A stretch of DNA of 64,000 nucleotides from a virus, in the IMG/VR virus record IMGVR_UViG_3300032753_000007, positions 45,753 to 109,752 of that record; one strand, given 5' to 3'. Made by a program: the position numbers and the translations under genes. The notes beneath the pieces were generated by a model. That model had not been told where the DNA came from, ran no database searches, and worked only from the letters and a program-made list of their open reading frames with translations. This document shows, piece after piece, positions 10,901 to 20,174 of this stretch (position 1 is the first letter of the stretch; the number at the start of each line of letters is the position of its first letter).

Positions 10901-11428
10901 TTTTAACTTACCTTCAAGTTGTTGAGCACCAAAGATAGTTTCTAATGTATCTTTTAATCCTGTTTCTCTTGTATTTGAAGACCGTCCATAATCGTATGAA
11001 TCGGATTCTTTTCCTACATGAGACATGTCTTTTATTTTATTAGTCACTTTATTAGGTAAGAATTTACCTAATGTAGGGAGTGCTTTTTGTACTTTTTTAT
11101 CAATAACATTTAGCGCAGGTGCAAGTTCTTTTCTTGCATCATCAAACATGCTCTCTGCATCATATTTAAATGACATAATAGAGCTATAAGCGTCGCCGTA
11201 ACTACCTGGTAATACATCTTTAATTAACTTACCTATAAAGCCAATGCCATGCTCTTTTGGATTAAAACTGCTTTTTAATCCTGACGCTATATCGCTAATA
11301 GGTTTGCGATCTTTTTTAATATCAGGATCTGAATCATCAAAATCACCAAATTCAGATCCAAACTCTTTCATAAAGTCATCATAGTCATCATCTAAATCTA
11401 ACTTTATATCATCATCTTTCTTTGCCAT
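4955..11428 (-). CDS. tail tape measure / cell-puncturing protein with muramidase domain (phiKZ gp181-like)
   Basis: 2157 aa; divergent from the vRNAP beta' gene as in the gp180/gp181 pair; Gly/Ala-rich membrane-type segments; lysozyme-like motifs AESG..YNAYN and AVGKYQMIPPTL..FDAKTQ at ~5530-6030. Confidence 0.8.
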   Translation of the reverse strand: MAKKDDDIKLDLDDDYDDFMKEFGSEFGDFDDSDPDIKKDRKPISDIASGLKSSFNPKEHGIGFIGKLIKDVLPGSYGDAYSSIMSFKYDAESMFDDARKELAPALNVIDKKVQKALPTLGKFLPNKVTNKIKDMSHVGKESDSYDYGRSSNTRETGLKDTLETIFGAQQLEGKLKRKRDDVIQLNSIKLDKAKFQHGIEYQHKIVSGIGRIVGFQDKILATYYKKSLEVQYLHYFATQDILENTLSHNSKTLTLLADVVKNTALPNEVKVTNSEKFRDESKRRIIGSVQKSISNRLGDMPNRIKNNLKTQISEFASAINSNLPQEDGMDEFMPSAAEMAAGMAGDEAREGLGKLFAGWIKKNGKKHVENVLGERGTSAINKTNAVGQDLARWFGDLPGIINRKVKHAEYGSLVGSVGELFNGGDNGTLGESVNKNLMSDATETVSWDLISRRSLIEIIPGYLSRILEQQTKLYNYTSGNGEIAERLTFDTRTEQFTTLSSAKKRVSELLKKEVGVDLKTNADYIIDLIDPDKNILNANERKYLGIFFMKQSAVEGVNFDPIDYASPDNLPAVLSYESRNKIANLFIEKFKITEEFNENGIKTVSSNDIETATLKKDISRNYNALRYGVGNFGDVLNEANATGTKELLGNLINNEGAVNQQYRWDLIDALYGDQNKSPKARMKVMAGKTIHPTPLSSNNSLLPTSSTVNINEGISPTTNVNFSNDNITTLVNVMSFNHSDMLKALAAHSSSNNALLQNMIDLMPSAGFINYTSTPSELSKHLNSVYSAGSKRIKGLSTYIQDTKGKLTAIPLSQNIENVKSGLLKHVAPHITEASKQSKAFYNKHKHLIPAQLQPEEIGKQLTAQSGKLFTELEKRGFNKKEIEDLLKTKLEEANKVIHTPFDAKALQTNLLERKDKLVNTATTAIRGFYDKHKDQLPDKPTVENLETLIKEKNPKLFENLTSKGLTPNQINAALTHAFDNRETTFNNLKEKYGSVNKVKELIKNKAKKVKGSDIKENIKNRWSTGVNALKTNATELYDKYGNKIELPKLNLPKWNNDDNQKHNGLFNSSNPDELTSLSKQLKDQHKDLMTVLTETGTSTNTLLQTIIATIPSAGYAAPSPDGDPSIRKNLGIKFGNSFKRLSGISRFIVDKGGALIKIPWTLAKLPFSLAMAAYNPLKTMLGFTGRTLWKGGGFLKRQLMKAPERAQRLAKVGWTVAKVLGPLAAKLGIGSAKLALLPAKLLGNLIWWSAKKAPKRAARAVGTLGKLSWGAFTGTTQVMSNLLFAAMGKRKPDKKDASNWFSKLGGVLKNPVGSISSFFKNRKKTKSVDENVNEISNKLDTINTTLKDIKNYISTKWPTENSEEKEANREGGFQDIIKKRKAKQETAKKLREMGVPTNKKPAPIVTPTGGSILDAFGKAGDLVKDAKGWGGKALGALGIGGAGAAGVAGAGALAGGEAAATAAGAATAAAEGGAGLATVGELGVAGAALGESALLLSNPVGWAIIVGAAGYGLYKGTKYIMNRTALEPLEKLRFLQYGIPIDNSQAVADMRNFESDFTPHITLTKNIPKIDLLPKEVWEKYYKDFGCTYDNMTDKTNFNTWLYKRFLPVYIKHKASLQQFGKSKVDNIDDELKKEDIIKFVNLVQFGSVEANLGMNPYGIQNSPWHDITLSDNKSTIDVLVEQLRNQANRNNDTKADNLKKVSAINLHPTVTKLDKDKPVLPPNYDRDRQQGVNPDGTPKKSMFDQAVDWSKENLLNPIKDFAGKVGDKAKELYTLGKTAAGKGIDWAKVNLVEPVVNSLAGLIKNAESGSKGYNAYNRGTSGNKILGPVGNRDLTSMTLSEILADMNRSANDERRLFAVGKYQMIPPTLIDGIKKLGLNPDTTKFDAKTQELLFSKYLLDKKRPQISAYIKGKTDNPVAAANAAAEEWASLADPNTGRSKHGHGNVASVSAERVITAMNVSRAQYKANLSKGMSEDEAYQVAVSSSSNAIANTNVPINTGGLPPADAFATKGNGPSLASNDMPPMPTSSVMPTPATSVTPANAVTSPIAAASKSTTTSTANDMPPVPSATTLSSVTTQTALNTKPIEDKLVQANKDSANRHDEHLTKLSTTNDLLAQILTTMKSTANTPAQNIIVANASSAKQTLSPVISSGRTY

Positions 11429-11453
11429 TTTTTATACCTATAAAAAGGACATC

Positions 11454-13550
11454 ATGTTAAGTAAAAAAGAACCCTTTAATATATTTTTATTAAGTAATCA
11501 GAAATCACGTCTGATGGGCCTATTGCCTGTCCAATCAATGGACATTAAAAACATTGGTGGAGAATTTCATCCACAAGGGCTATACAGTATTGAAATATTT
11601 GGTGCACTAGGATCTAGGCAGCGTCAAAATAAACACGCCTATATTGATATGCGCTGTTATGTCATGCATCCTAAAATCTTTAGTGATTTAGAAAAACTAA
11701 AAGGACTCTATGCAGGCATCATGAGTAGAAAACAATATGCATTATGGGATAATAACATAAAAGACTTTGTTAAGGCTGATGCCATTGATGGTAAAACAGG
11801 TTATTCTTTTTTTATGTCTCATTTTGAAGATATTCAGTTTCCACGTAATGAGTCAGGCATACGCGATGCACGTATTGATCTATTAATACAAGAACAAAAA
11901 AAATGTATGTATCGCTATTTAGTTGTATTACCTGCAGGATTAAGAGATTTGACTTATGATGAAAAAGGTCAAGAAGTAGAAGACGAAATTAATCCTATCT
12001 ATAGAAAAATATTACGTACAGCTAATACTATTTTAGTAGATAATAACAACATAAATCCAACAAATATTGATGTGGCTAGATGGACATTACAGACATCATT
12101 TAATGAGCTTTATGATTACATAGAATCAATCCTAAGTGGTAAGAAAGGACTCATATTATCTAAATTAGCAGCACGCGCAGTGCATGGCGGTACACGGGCT
12201 GTATTGACGGCGGCGGATCCATCACCTGCTCATTTAAATGCGCCTGGTGGCTTTACTGTAAATGATACATTAGTGGGTTTACATCAATATATAAAAGGTA
12301 CAGTAGAGTTAACTATTTATGGTATTAAAACAGGGTTAGCTAAAGACATTATTGATAGATTACCTGGTGAAATATCATTAGTTAATAAAAGCACTTTAAC
12401 TAAAATAACATTAAACCCATCAACTGATACAGTTACATTATGGGGTGGCGAAGTAGGATTAGAAAAACTAATTAATAAGTTTGAAAAACCTATTATACGA
12501 CATAACCCTATAATGATTGATGGTCATTATTTAGCTTTGTTATATAGAGATAGTACGCATTTTAAAGTACTGTATGATATTACTGATTTACCTAAAGAGT
12601 TTAATAAAGCTAACGTAAAACCTATTACATGGGCTGAGTTTTTTTATTTAGCTGTTTATGAGCGCGTTAAAGATGTAGCAGTTTATGTTACGCGTTATCC
12701 TATTACTGAATTAGGTAGTATTTATCCATCTATGGTTAAATTACAAACAACTGTACAGTGTGAAAAGCTAATACCATTAGATGATGATTGGAAACCTATA
12801 ACTACTAATGTAAATGAAGTAACTGCCTACGCAATGCCTGTTTTAGGTAAACCCTTTTATGATAGTATCTCTGTACATACTACAAAGCTTCTTGAATTAA
12901 ACGCAGATTATGACGGTGATAAAGTAAATGCTGTATTTGTAATGTCTAAAGAAGCAGTAGATGAAGTAAAAAAATACCATCATACAAAAACTACTTTTTT
13001 AAATAGTAGTGGTAGTTTACGGTATGGTGCTTGTGGTGTTAAAGATCCATTAATTGGCTTGATATTACAAGGACTAACATCCGGTTTAGATAAAGATAAA
13101 ATAATTACTATAGAGCCATTAAAAGAGAGTGAAACTAAAAATTATATTCAGTTAGTTGAACATAAATCACATGACCCTTCATTAGGTGGCATTGTTATTG
13201 ATAAATTAAAAGCTGAATCTATTTATAGTAATTTATCTGATAGTGCTAATATAGGCTATACATTGAAACGAGGTAGTGCTATAGTTGGATTTGCTGTTTT
13301 TATTCGATCAGGCGTTTCTATGTCAGGTGAATTATACTGTATTGTTTTAGATATTTATTCAGGTAATAACTACGGCTATAAAATACTTAAAACATTATTA
13401 AAGCAATTAAAAACACTAGGTGTTAAAGAAGTCATTACTACTGTAGGTAAAGACGCATCTGCTGGTATTGTTTTATGTAAAAAACTAGGCTTTATGTATG
13501 TGCCAATTAAATCACCTAATGTAATAGAATATCGTTTGAGGTTATTATGA
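11454..13550 (+). CDS. rpoC: virion RNA polymerase beta' catalytic subunit (phiKZ gp180-like) with C-terminal GNAT-like domain
   Basis: GLYSIEIFG, VLPAGLRD, LSGKKG, VTRYP and catalytic NADYDGD motifs; last ~150 aa show GNAT motifs A and B. Confidence 0.9.
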   Translation: MLSKKEPFNIFLLSNQKSRLMGLLPVQSMDIKNIGGEFHPQGLYSIEIFGALGSRQRQNKHAYIDMRCYVMHPKIFSDLEKLKGLYAGIMSRKQYALWDNNIKDFVKADAIDGKTGYSFFMSHFEDIQFPRNESGIRDARIDLLIQEQKKCMYRYLVVLPAGLRDLTYDEKGQEVEDEINPIYRKILRTANTILVDNNNINPTNIDVARWTLQTSFNELYDYIESILSGKKGLILSKLAARAVHGGTRAVLTAADPSPAHLNAPGGFTVNDTLVGLHQYIKGTVELTIYGIKTGLAKDIIDRLPGEISLVNKSTLTKITLNPSTDTVTLWGGEVGLEKLINKFEKPIIRHNPIMIDGHYLALLYRDSTHFKVLYDITDLPKEFNKANVKPITWAEFFYLAVYERVKDVAVYVTRYPITELGSIYPSMVKLQTTVQCEKLIPLDDDWKPITTNVNEVTAYAMPVLGKPFYDSISVHTTKLLELNADYDGDKVNAVFVMSKEAVDEVKKYHHTKTTFLNSSGSLRYGACGVKDPLIGLILQGLTSGLDKDKIITIEPLKESETKNYIQLVEHKSHDPSLGGIVIDKLKAESIYSNLSDSANIGYTLKRGSAIVGFAVFIRSGVSMSGELYCIVLDIYSGNNYGYKILKTLLKQLKTLGVKEVITTVGKDASAGIVLCKKLGFMYVPIKSPNVIEYRLRLL

Positions 13551-13813
13551 AAGAAGAGTATAAAATTAAATTATTAGCATTAGTAAAGTTAATAAAAAAA
13601 CGTTTATGTAAATTAGTAGGCTGTAATTTTTCATTAGTTGATGAAGTCACTGTAAACGCTATTAGTAAACACCAATCTTATACTAAATTTACATTAAGCT
13701 GTAAACGCTGTAAAGGTGATATGATGATTGGTATGCTAGTGCCTATTACTGAAATAGAGTTAGAAGATGCTATTTTATTAGAAAAATTTAAAAAGGGGTT
13801 AATTGTAAAATGA
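13547..13813 (+). CDS. small Cys-rich, putative Zn-binding protein
   Basis: 88 aa; LCKLVGC...H...CKRC; ATGA overlaps with both neighbouring RNAP genes. Confidence 0.6.
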   Translation: MKEEYKIKLLALVKLIKKRLCKLVGCNFSLVDEVTVNAISKHQSYTKFTLSCKRCKGDMMIGMLVPITEIELEDAILLEKFKKGLIVK

Positions 13814-16800
13814 CACTATTATCTACAGATGCTTTTACAACACAATTTGTTACACGACAATTAAATAAACTCAGCACTGTATCTCGTTTACGATCAGTTG
13901 ATGATTTTGAATTACCTGAAAATGCGATTATTCATTATGTTAGTGATAGCGATCAGGTATTAGGCATTACTAAATCTAACGATATGATTAGAAGTACTAG
14001 CGATGTTTATACTTATCACGTTGATGCATTAGAGGGTAAAGAAGGCCATTATAGTAAATCAGAAACTACACTAAATGCTTTAATTACAAAATACCATCAG
14101 TTTAATTTAGGTATTAAACGCATTAATAATCTGTCAAGTGTATTAGAAAAAGTTAAACAGCCTATTGTAGTTAACTATAGCATGTTACCTTCTTTATACA
14201 AATATACTGTTTCTTCATTATCAGTCTATTACGAGTGGTTAAATATACGGACTACTATTTGGCACCATATTAAAGAAATAGGCAGCGATAAGCTTCATTT
14301 TATAGTTTATAAAATACCTGAAGTATTAATTACTAAAAATGATTTAAACAAATATGCCCATAATTTTAAACCTGATGCGTTAGAATTATTTACTGATATT
14401 AATAATTTAAACCTATTAGAGCTATGGCGAATGTTAGGCGAAAATAATACTACATTAGAAAGTGAAATGGATGAATTACTTTTAAGTAAAGTACATATCG
14501 TATTTATTGAAAGTAGACATATCGGTATTTTTACATTAAAGTCTTTTATTGATTGGGGTAAAAGCGATGGCTCTAAAGCTAAGATAGAGTTTTATAATTT
14601 CTTAGATAATTTAATTGCTAAACGCTCTAACTTAGAATCTGAAAAACTAATTAAAGAAGCAGGTGAAGAGCCTGAACAAGGTGAAATTAATAATGATAAA
14701 ATTCATCAATTAATTAATGAAAAAGCAGAAAACGGCTTATTATCTACTAATGAAAAGAAAGCTTTATTAAAACTATCTGAAAAACATAAAACAGTAATAG
14801 ACCCTGTTACTGGTTTAACGTTAGATAAAATAGCTGTTAAAAATACTGAATTAGTATTAAAGAAAAAACCACTCATTAAAGATAATAATACTATTTTTGA
14901 TAAGTCTATGCTATACAGTAGCATTAGAGATTTAGACAAGCAATATATTGAAGAAGGCTTATTACATCGGCATATGATAGAATCCGTAATGATGTTACAT
15001 CCAGCAGGTGTCATTGTTAAAGATATGCGTGTTAAAGATAAAATGACAGCCGCTACTAAAGCAACTGTATATAGTTTTTCTTTACAGCCTATTAATGGGC
15101 CTTCATCTACTATTACTTTTCCTATCCCTAAAATTAATCCAGATGGTACATTTTTAGCTGGTGGTGTTTTATATCGAATGGATAAGCAACATGGTGAAAT
15201 GCCAATTGCTAAAATTAAACACGATACAGTTAAATTAACTAGCTATTACGGCACTATCTTTATTAATCGATCTGAAAGTACAGTGACTAATCTATCTAAA
15301 TGGATAGTCAATGCATTAGTTAAATTGACTAAAGCAGGATCAGTTACTAATTTAGTTTATGGTATTACTACTAAATTTGATAAAAACTTACCTAGACAAT
15401 ATACAGCCATAATGAAAAGTATTAGTCGGTTTAATTATCAGACTACTGAAGTTAATTATAGCTTTTATTTTACCTATAGTAAGCTTAGTAATTTCTTTTC
15501 AGAAACAGAAATAGCTAAATTTGCTAATAGTAAGTTAGTAGGTTGTGGTAGAAATGAAAAGACAGGTAATCTATTAGTCATGGATGAGTTAGGTGATGTA
15601 ATAGAGTTACAAGATAACTCACCACTTAACTTAGGCAAGATACAGAATATACTATCTGATACAGGTGGCCCTATTGAATATACTGAAATGGGTTTATTAA
15701 ATAGACGTATTCCAGTAATAATGGCTATGTGTTATGTACATGGATTTACTAAAATTTTATCTGAATTAAAAGTACCTCTTGTTCAACATCCAGCAGGCAC
15801 TAGAGTGCCCTATAAGCCAAAAACTTATGTATTAAAATTTAAAGATGTCGTTATTGAATTACCTTATAGAAATGTAGAAGAAGAATTACTATTCGGCGGG
15901 TTTATGCCATTTCGTAAAGATTTAATCAATTTCCGTAGTGGCGATTTAAATAAACGAACTGCTTATTCTAATTTATTAAGTGGTAATGGATTATCTACTT
16001 ATCATTTTAGAGAATTATTATTAATGTGGGATATGTACATTGATCCTATTACAGCTGCACTATTACGAGAAACTGATGCACCTACGGACATCTTTAATGT
16101 TATATTAGCAGCTAATCGTTTATTAATTAACGATGCTATGCCTGATTATACGACTGTACGGTATAAAGGCTATGAAAGACTATGTGGGTTTATGTATAAA
16201 GAGCTTATTGGTGCAGTTAAAGCACACCGTGCTAAAGGCGCTTTAAGTGATGTAGGCATTACTATTAAACCTAATGGTGTTTGGTTAAATATATTGGAAG
16301 ATCAATCTATTGTCTTAGTAGAACAAAGTAACCCTATTCATAATTTAAAAGAGCAAGAAAGCTTTACTCATGCAGGTGCTGGCGGTAAGTCCGCCATTAC
16401 TATGGTAGCTGCTACACGTGGTTTTAAAGACAGCGATTTAGGTGTTGTATCTGAAGCTACACCTGATTCTGCTAAAGTAGGTATTAGAGCTATGTTAACG
16501 CCTAATGCTAATATTGTTAATCTATTAGGTATGGTTAAACAATATGAAGAAGATAAAGATGGTATTAGTTCAGTTATATCTACAACTGCTATGTTAGCAC
16601 CAGGCATTACCCATGATGATGGAAAACGATGGAACTTTAATAATGTTCAAATGTCACATGGTGTAGCTGCGATTGGTTATCAACCGTTACCCTATCGTAC
16701 TGGTTATGAGCAAACAATTGCTAATCGTGTTAGTGATTTATTTGCTACTGTAGCTACAGGTAATGGTTTTGTTTCTGAGATTAAATCATCTGGCATTACA

Positions 16801-17760
16801 ATTACTTATGATGATGGTTCTAGTAAAACGTATTTCTTAGGTGTTAAACACGGCATTGTATCGGGCAGTACTATACCACATCACATTGTAACGCATTTAA
16901 ATAAAAATGATAAAGTTATTAAAGATCAAGTCATTTGTTATAATGACGGGTTCTTTACAACAGGCGAATTAGATCCAAAAAGCATTATTTATAAACACGG
17001 CGTTATTTGTAGAATCGCATTAGCTGAAGATAGCGATACATTAGAAGACGGTTGCGTTATATCAAAAGGATTAGCTGATAAACTATTAACACCTACATCA
17101 GAAGTCTATGGCATTGTTTGTGACTTTAGTATGGCAATACATAATTTAGTTACTATTGGACAACGCGTTACACCTGAAACTATTTTGTGTATTCTTGAGC
17201 ATAGCTATGAAGGTGCTGCAGAAAAAGATTCTGATGCAATTTGGGCATTAAGTCAATTGAGCAATATATCGCCTAAATGTAAAGTCTATGGTACAGTCAG
17301 CGATATTGAAGTAGTTTACTTTGGTAAGCTAGAAGATATGTCACCTTCTTTAGCTGAAGTCGTTAGACACTACGATGCAATACGAAATCGTAATGTTAAA
17401 ACCTATTCTTTAAATGAAGCTAAATCAGGTGAAATCGATGAAACAATTCGTGTATCAGGTAAAAAGCTAATTAAGAATCAAGCAGCTATTAAGATATATG
17501 TGGATTATATTTTAGATATGGGTGATGGCGATAAGATCGTTATAGGCCATCCATTAAAAACAACCATTAGTCGAGTAGACATTAATCCTATGACAACTGA
17601 CGATGGTGTTGAAGTAGATGCTTTATTTGGCGCTCAATCGGTATCAGCGCGTATTGTAAAATCTGCTGAAATATGTGGATTATCAAATGAAGTAATGTGT
17701 AAATTATCAGTAGATTTTGGTGAAATGGTTTTAAAACTTAATGAAGGAGATAACAAATGA
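13810..17760 (+). CDS. rpoB: virion RNA polymerase beta subunit (phiKZ gp178-like)
   Basis: 1316 aa; SEATPDSAKVG, HDDGKR..Q, YRTGYE, EDGCVIS and GDK motifs of two-barrel RNAP beta; gene order. Confidence 0.9.
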   Translation: MTLLSTDAFTTQFVTRQLNKLSTVSRLRSVDDFELPENAIIHYVSDSDQVLGITKSNDMIRSTSDVYTYHVDALEGKEGHYSKSETTLNALITKYHQFNLGIKRINNLSSVLEKVKQPIVVNYSMLPSLYKYTVSSLSVYYEWLNIRTTIWHHIKEIGSDKLHFIVYKIPEVLITKNDLNKYAHNFKPDALELFTDINNLNLLELWRMLGENNTTLESEMDELLLSKVHIVFIESRHIGIFTLKSFIDWGKSDGSKAKIEFYNFLDNLIAKRSNLESEKLIKEAGEEPEQGEINNDKIHQLINEKAENGLLSTNEKKALLKLSEKHKTVIDPVTGLTLDKIAVKNTELVLKKKPLIKDNNTIFDKSMLYSSIRDLDKQYIEEGLLHRHMIESVMMLHPAGVIVKDMRVKDKMTAATKATVYSFSLQPINGPSSTITFPIPKINPDGTFLAGGVLYRMDKQHGEMPIAKIKHDTVKLTSYYGTIFINRSESTVTNLSKWIVNALVKLTKAGSVTNLVYGITTKFDKNLPRQYTAIMKSISRFNYQTTEVNYSFYFTYSKLSNFFSETEIAKFANSKLVGCGRNEKTGNLLVMDELGDVIELQDNSPLNLGKIQNILSDTGGPIEYTEMGLLNRRIPVIMAMCYVHGFTKILSELKVPLVQHPAGTRVPYKPKTYVLKFKDVVIELPYRNVEEELLFGGFMPFRKDLINFRSGDLNKRTAYSNLLSGNGLSTYHFRELLLMWDMYIDPITAALLRETDAPTDIFNVILAANRLLINDAMPDYTTVRYKGYERLCGFMYKELIGAVKAHRAKGALSDVGITIKPNGVWLNILEDQSIVLVEQSNPIHNLKEQESFTHAGAGGKSAITMVAATRGFKDSDLGVVSEATPDSAKVGIRAMLTPNANIVNLLGMVKQYEEDKDGISSVISTTAMLAPGITHDDGKRWNFNNVQMSHGVAAIGYQPLPYRTGYEQTIANRVSDLFATVATGNGFVSEIKSSGITITYDDGSSKTYFLGVKHGIVSGSTIPHHIVTHLNKNDKVIKDQVICYNDGFFTTGELDPKSIIYKHGVICRIALAEDSDTLEDGCVISKGLADKLLTPTSEVYGIVCDFSMAIHNLVTIGQRVTPETILCILEHSYEGAAEKDSDAIWALSQLSNISPKCKVYGTVSDIEVVYFGKLEDMSPSLAEVVRHYDAIRNRNVKTYSLNEAKSGEIDETIRVSGKKLIKNQAAIKIYVDYILDMGDGDKIVIGHPLKTTISRVDINPMTTDDGVEVDALFGAQSVSARIVKSAEICGLSNEVMCKLSVDFGEMVLKLNEGDNK

Positions 17761-17975
17761 GTGCAGTAATGACAACAGGCATTAATGATGTGCCTGGTAA
17801 TGGCGACGTTATTGAACATGCTAGAGCAGCACGCGTAGGTGCTTGTGCAGTGAGCTTAGGCGTAGCTATTGTAAAAGAGTTAATTGGTAATGAAATTGGT
17901 AAAGAGGGCTTTAGTGATGAGTCATTGCCTGATATGATGGCTGCCGCTATCAATAGCCATATTAGAGGATTATAA
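17757..17975 (+). CDS. small hypothetical protein
   Basis: 72 aa; strong SD (AAGGAG); overlaps the stop of the beta gene. Confidence 0.6.
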   Translation: MSAVMTTGINDVPGNGDVIEHARAARVGACAVSLGVAIVKELIGNEIGKEGFSDESLPDMMAAAINSHIRGL

Positions 17976-17977
17976 TC

Positions 17978-19390
17978 ATGTTAACAGTAAGAGCAGCAGA
18001 ACTCGGTACTGATATGGCATTTTCTCTTTCTACGTGTTGCGAAAATGATCATAATCAGAAACGAAGGACTTTATATTCCAAATCAGGCACACCTGTTAAT
18101 AATGCGTTATTAACATTAACCCCTATTGAAAACACTATTAATGCTAAGAGTATTTCAGATGATTCTATTGCTACTAAAAGTAGTTATGGTAATCATGCGG
18201 ATATTCAAAATCAAACTGCTATTAAAGCTTCGCATACTATTGCTAATATACTCAACACAGCTCAAAATACAATTAATCCTATTTGTAGAGAGCTACGTGA
18301 AGCTATTACAAAAGCAAAAGAATTAGCAGCAGCTAGACGCGTTAACATTATAGGCAATATTATTCAAGTTGATGTACCTGCTATTTTTACTAATAGCACA
18401 TTAACTGATATGACTGAACAATATCTAAATGCTTCTATAGATAGGTTTATTAAAATAACTGAATTATCAGTTATTTTAAATAATAACTTTAGTGATGAAG
18501 AATGTAGAATTCTTATTCAAACAAACTCATCAGGTTTAGATCAAGCGGTTGATGCGTTTTTATCAACTGATGATTTTAACATTAGAACAATGATTAATAA
18601 TACTAACTTTTACGTTGATGAGTGTGCTGTTAATAAAGCAGTAAGTATCTTTTTATTCTGTATGGGAATAGTTAATCATCGTATTGAAAAAGCAGCAATG
18701 ATTACTGATGATACGGTCTGTAATAATATGTTAAAATTACTCATGGCTACTACAGGCGCTATTATTGCAAGAGAAAGACGTAAATCTATATTAGCGTCTA
18801 AATCAGGAAAACTATTATGCGTAGATCCTAATCGTGGTACTTATGAACCTGAAGGCAGCATTGCTGTTTATGGTGATGCTTATCGTAAATGGTTAAAAGA
18901 AAAGGGTGGGTCACCTGAAGCCTTATTAGGGTTTGCATCTTCATTTTCACGTAGACAAGATATGGATTATACTAGAGAAAATGATTTATTAGAAAACCCT
19001 GAAAAGTATGTAATACGCTATAAAGAAAAGCTATCTGAATTAGCTAATATAGCAACAATGGATGATTATGCTATTGTTAAAGATACAACACGTACTTATA
19101 TTTCACGTTACATTAGAGAAAATAATAAAGATACTGCAGTTGTACAACGACTACAGAATAACTTATCATTAGCTTATGAGCATGAGTATTATGGCGAAAA
19201 GAATTTATCTGCTTATATCATTAAAATGGTTTGTCGTACTTTTACAGAAGGCACTACCATTAAAGAGTTCTTATTGACTATGGATAATATCCTATTGCAC
19301 GATCCTGAAACAGATATTCCTACTGCACGTAACTTAGCAGTTATTCAAGTAGTGGGTAAATGGATTGCCAGTCAATTAGTGGTCGCATAA
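17978..19390 (+). CDS. virion head/ejection protein (phiKZ gp177-like, positional)
   Basis: 470 aa; position between vRNAP beta and beta'-C; YRKWLKEKGGSPEALLG segment. Confidence 0.55.
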   Translation: MLTVRAAELGTDMAFSLSTCCENDHNQKRRTLYSKSGTPVNNALLTLTPIENTINAKSISDDSIATKSSYGNHADIQNQTAIKASHTIANILNTAQNTINPICRELREAITKAKELAAARRVNIIGNIIQVDVPAIFTNSTLTDMTEQYLNASIDRFIKITELSVILNNNFSDEECRILIQTNSSGLDQAVDAFLSTDDFNIRTMINNTNFYVDECAVNKAVSIFLFCMGIVNHRIEKAAMITDDTVCNNMLKLLMATTGAIIARERRKSILASKSGKLLCVDPNRGTYEPEGSIAVYGDAYRKWLKEKGGSPEALLGFASSFSRRQDMDYTRENDLLENPEKYVIRYKEKLSELANIATMDDYAIVKDTTRTYISRYIRENNKDTAVVQRLQNNLSLAYEHEYYGEKNLSAYIIKMVCRTFTEGTTIKEFLLTMDNILLHDPETDIPTARNLAVIQVVGKWIASQLVVA

Positions 19391-20116
19391 ATGGATGTAT
19401 CGCATTTAGTACGTAATGCTGAAGCAGTACATAGTGCATTACAAGAAACCGATAAAACACTCATTGCATTAGAACCTTGTAAAATTTACTTTCCTGAAGC
19501 GTATATGGGTGGCGAATTAGGGTATATGGGCGATGTAATTAGGGTATGTGCTATTTATGGTATTGTCGTTAAAGAAAAGTTTTTAGGTGTTAGTAGAGCC
19601 TGTGCTTTAATGGAAACAGCACCGAGTGTTATTGATATTGTTGTTATTGGTGCTATGCGATATTATGAGTTTACTTATAAAGAAGGTGATGAAGTCATTG
19701 GGAATTTAGACTTAGTTAGGCTATCTACTTTAGTATATCGCATTTATAATGAGTTTATTACTAATGGTAAAGTGCCATGGTACTTTGATTATAATGATTT
19801 AGCCTTTATATTTGACACTGCATTATTACATGGTGGTGCTGATTTAAGAACTAACTCTACATTACTAGAAATGATAGCAGCTGTTATGGCTAGACAAACA
19901 GAAAATAAGTTTTTATATAGCAGACATGATCCTAGACTACAGCGTAAAAATTACAGTAAAAAAGTAATTAGTTATGTTGGTATGAAGTCAGTTATATATC
20001 AAGCAACGAATACATCAGCACGATTAAGTGGCAACTACTTTAATGAAGGCGTAACATCAGCACTCATTGCAACGTCAACTACCAATGAAAATATTGAAGA
20101 TTTAATTAGAGGATAA
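19391..20116 (+). CDS. virion RNA polymerase beta' C-terminal subunit (phiKZ gp176 / SPN3US gp244-like)
   Basis: 241 aa; C-terminal ATNTSARLSGNYFNEGVTSAL...IEDLIRG resembles the beta' C-terminal clamp region; position upstream of the protease. Confidence 0.65.
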   Translation: MDVSHLVRNAEAVHSALQETDKTLIALEPCKIYFPEAYMGGELGYMGDVIRVCAIYGIVVKEKFLGVSRACALMETAPSVIDIVVIGAMRYYEFTYKEGDEVIGNLDLVRLSTLVYRIYNEFITNGKVPWYFDYNDLAFIFDTALLHGGADLRTNSTLLEMIAAVMARQTENKFLYSRHDPRLQRKNYSKKVISYVGMKSVIYQATNTSARLSGNYFNEGVTSALIATSTTNENIEDLIRG

Positions 20117-20130
20117 ATAAAGATTAATGC

Positions 20131-20168
20131 TACAGCCACTACACTAATGTAGTGGCTGTATTTTTTTG
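20131..20168 (+). terminator. intrinsic terminator
   Basis: TACAGCCACTACA-ctaa-TGTAGTGGCTGTA followed by a T7 run. Confidence 0.85.
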
Positions 20169-20174
20169 TATTCT

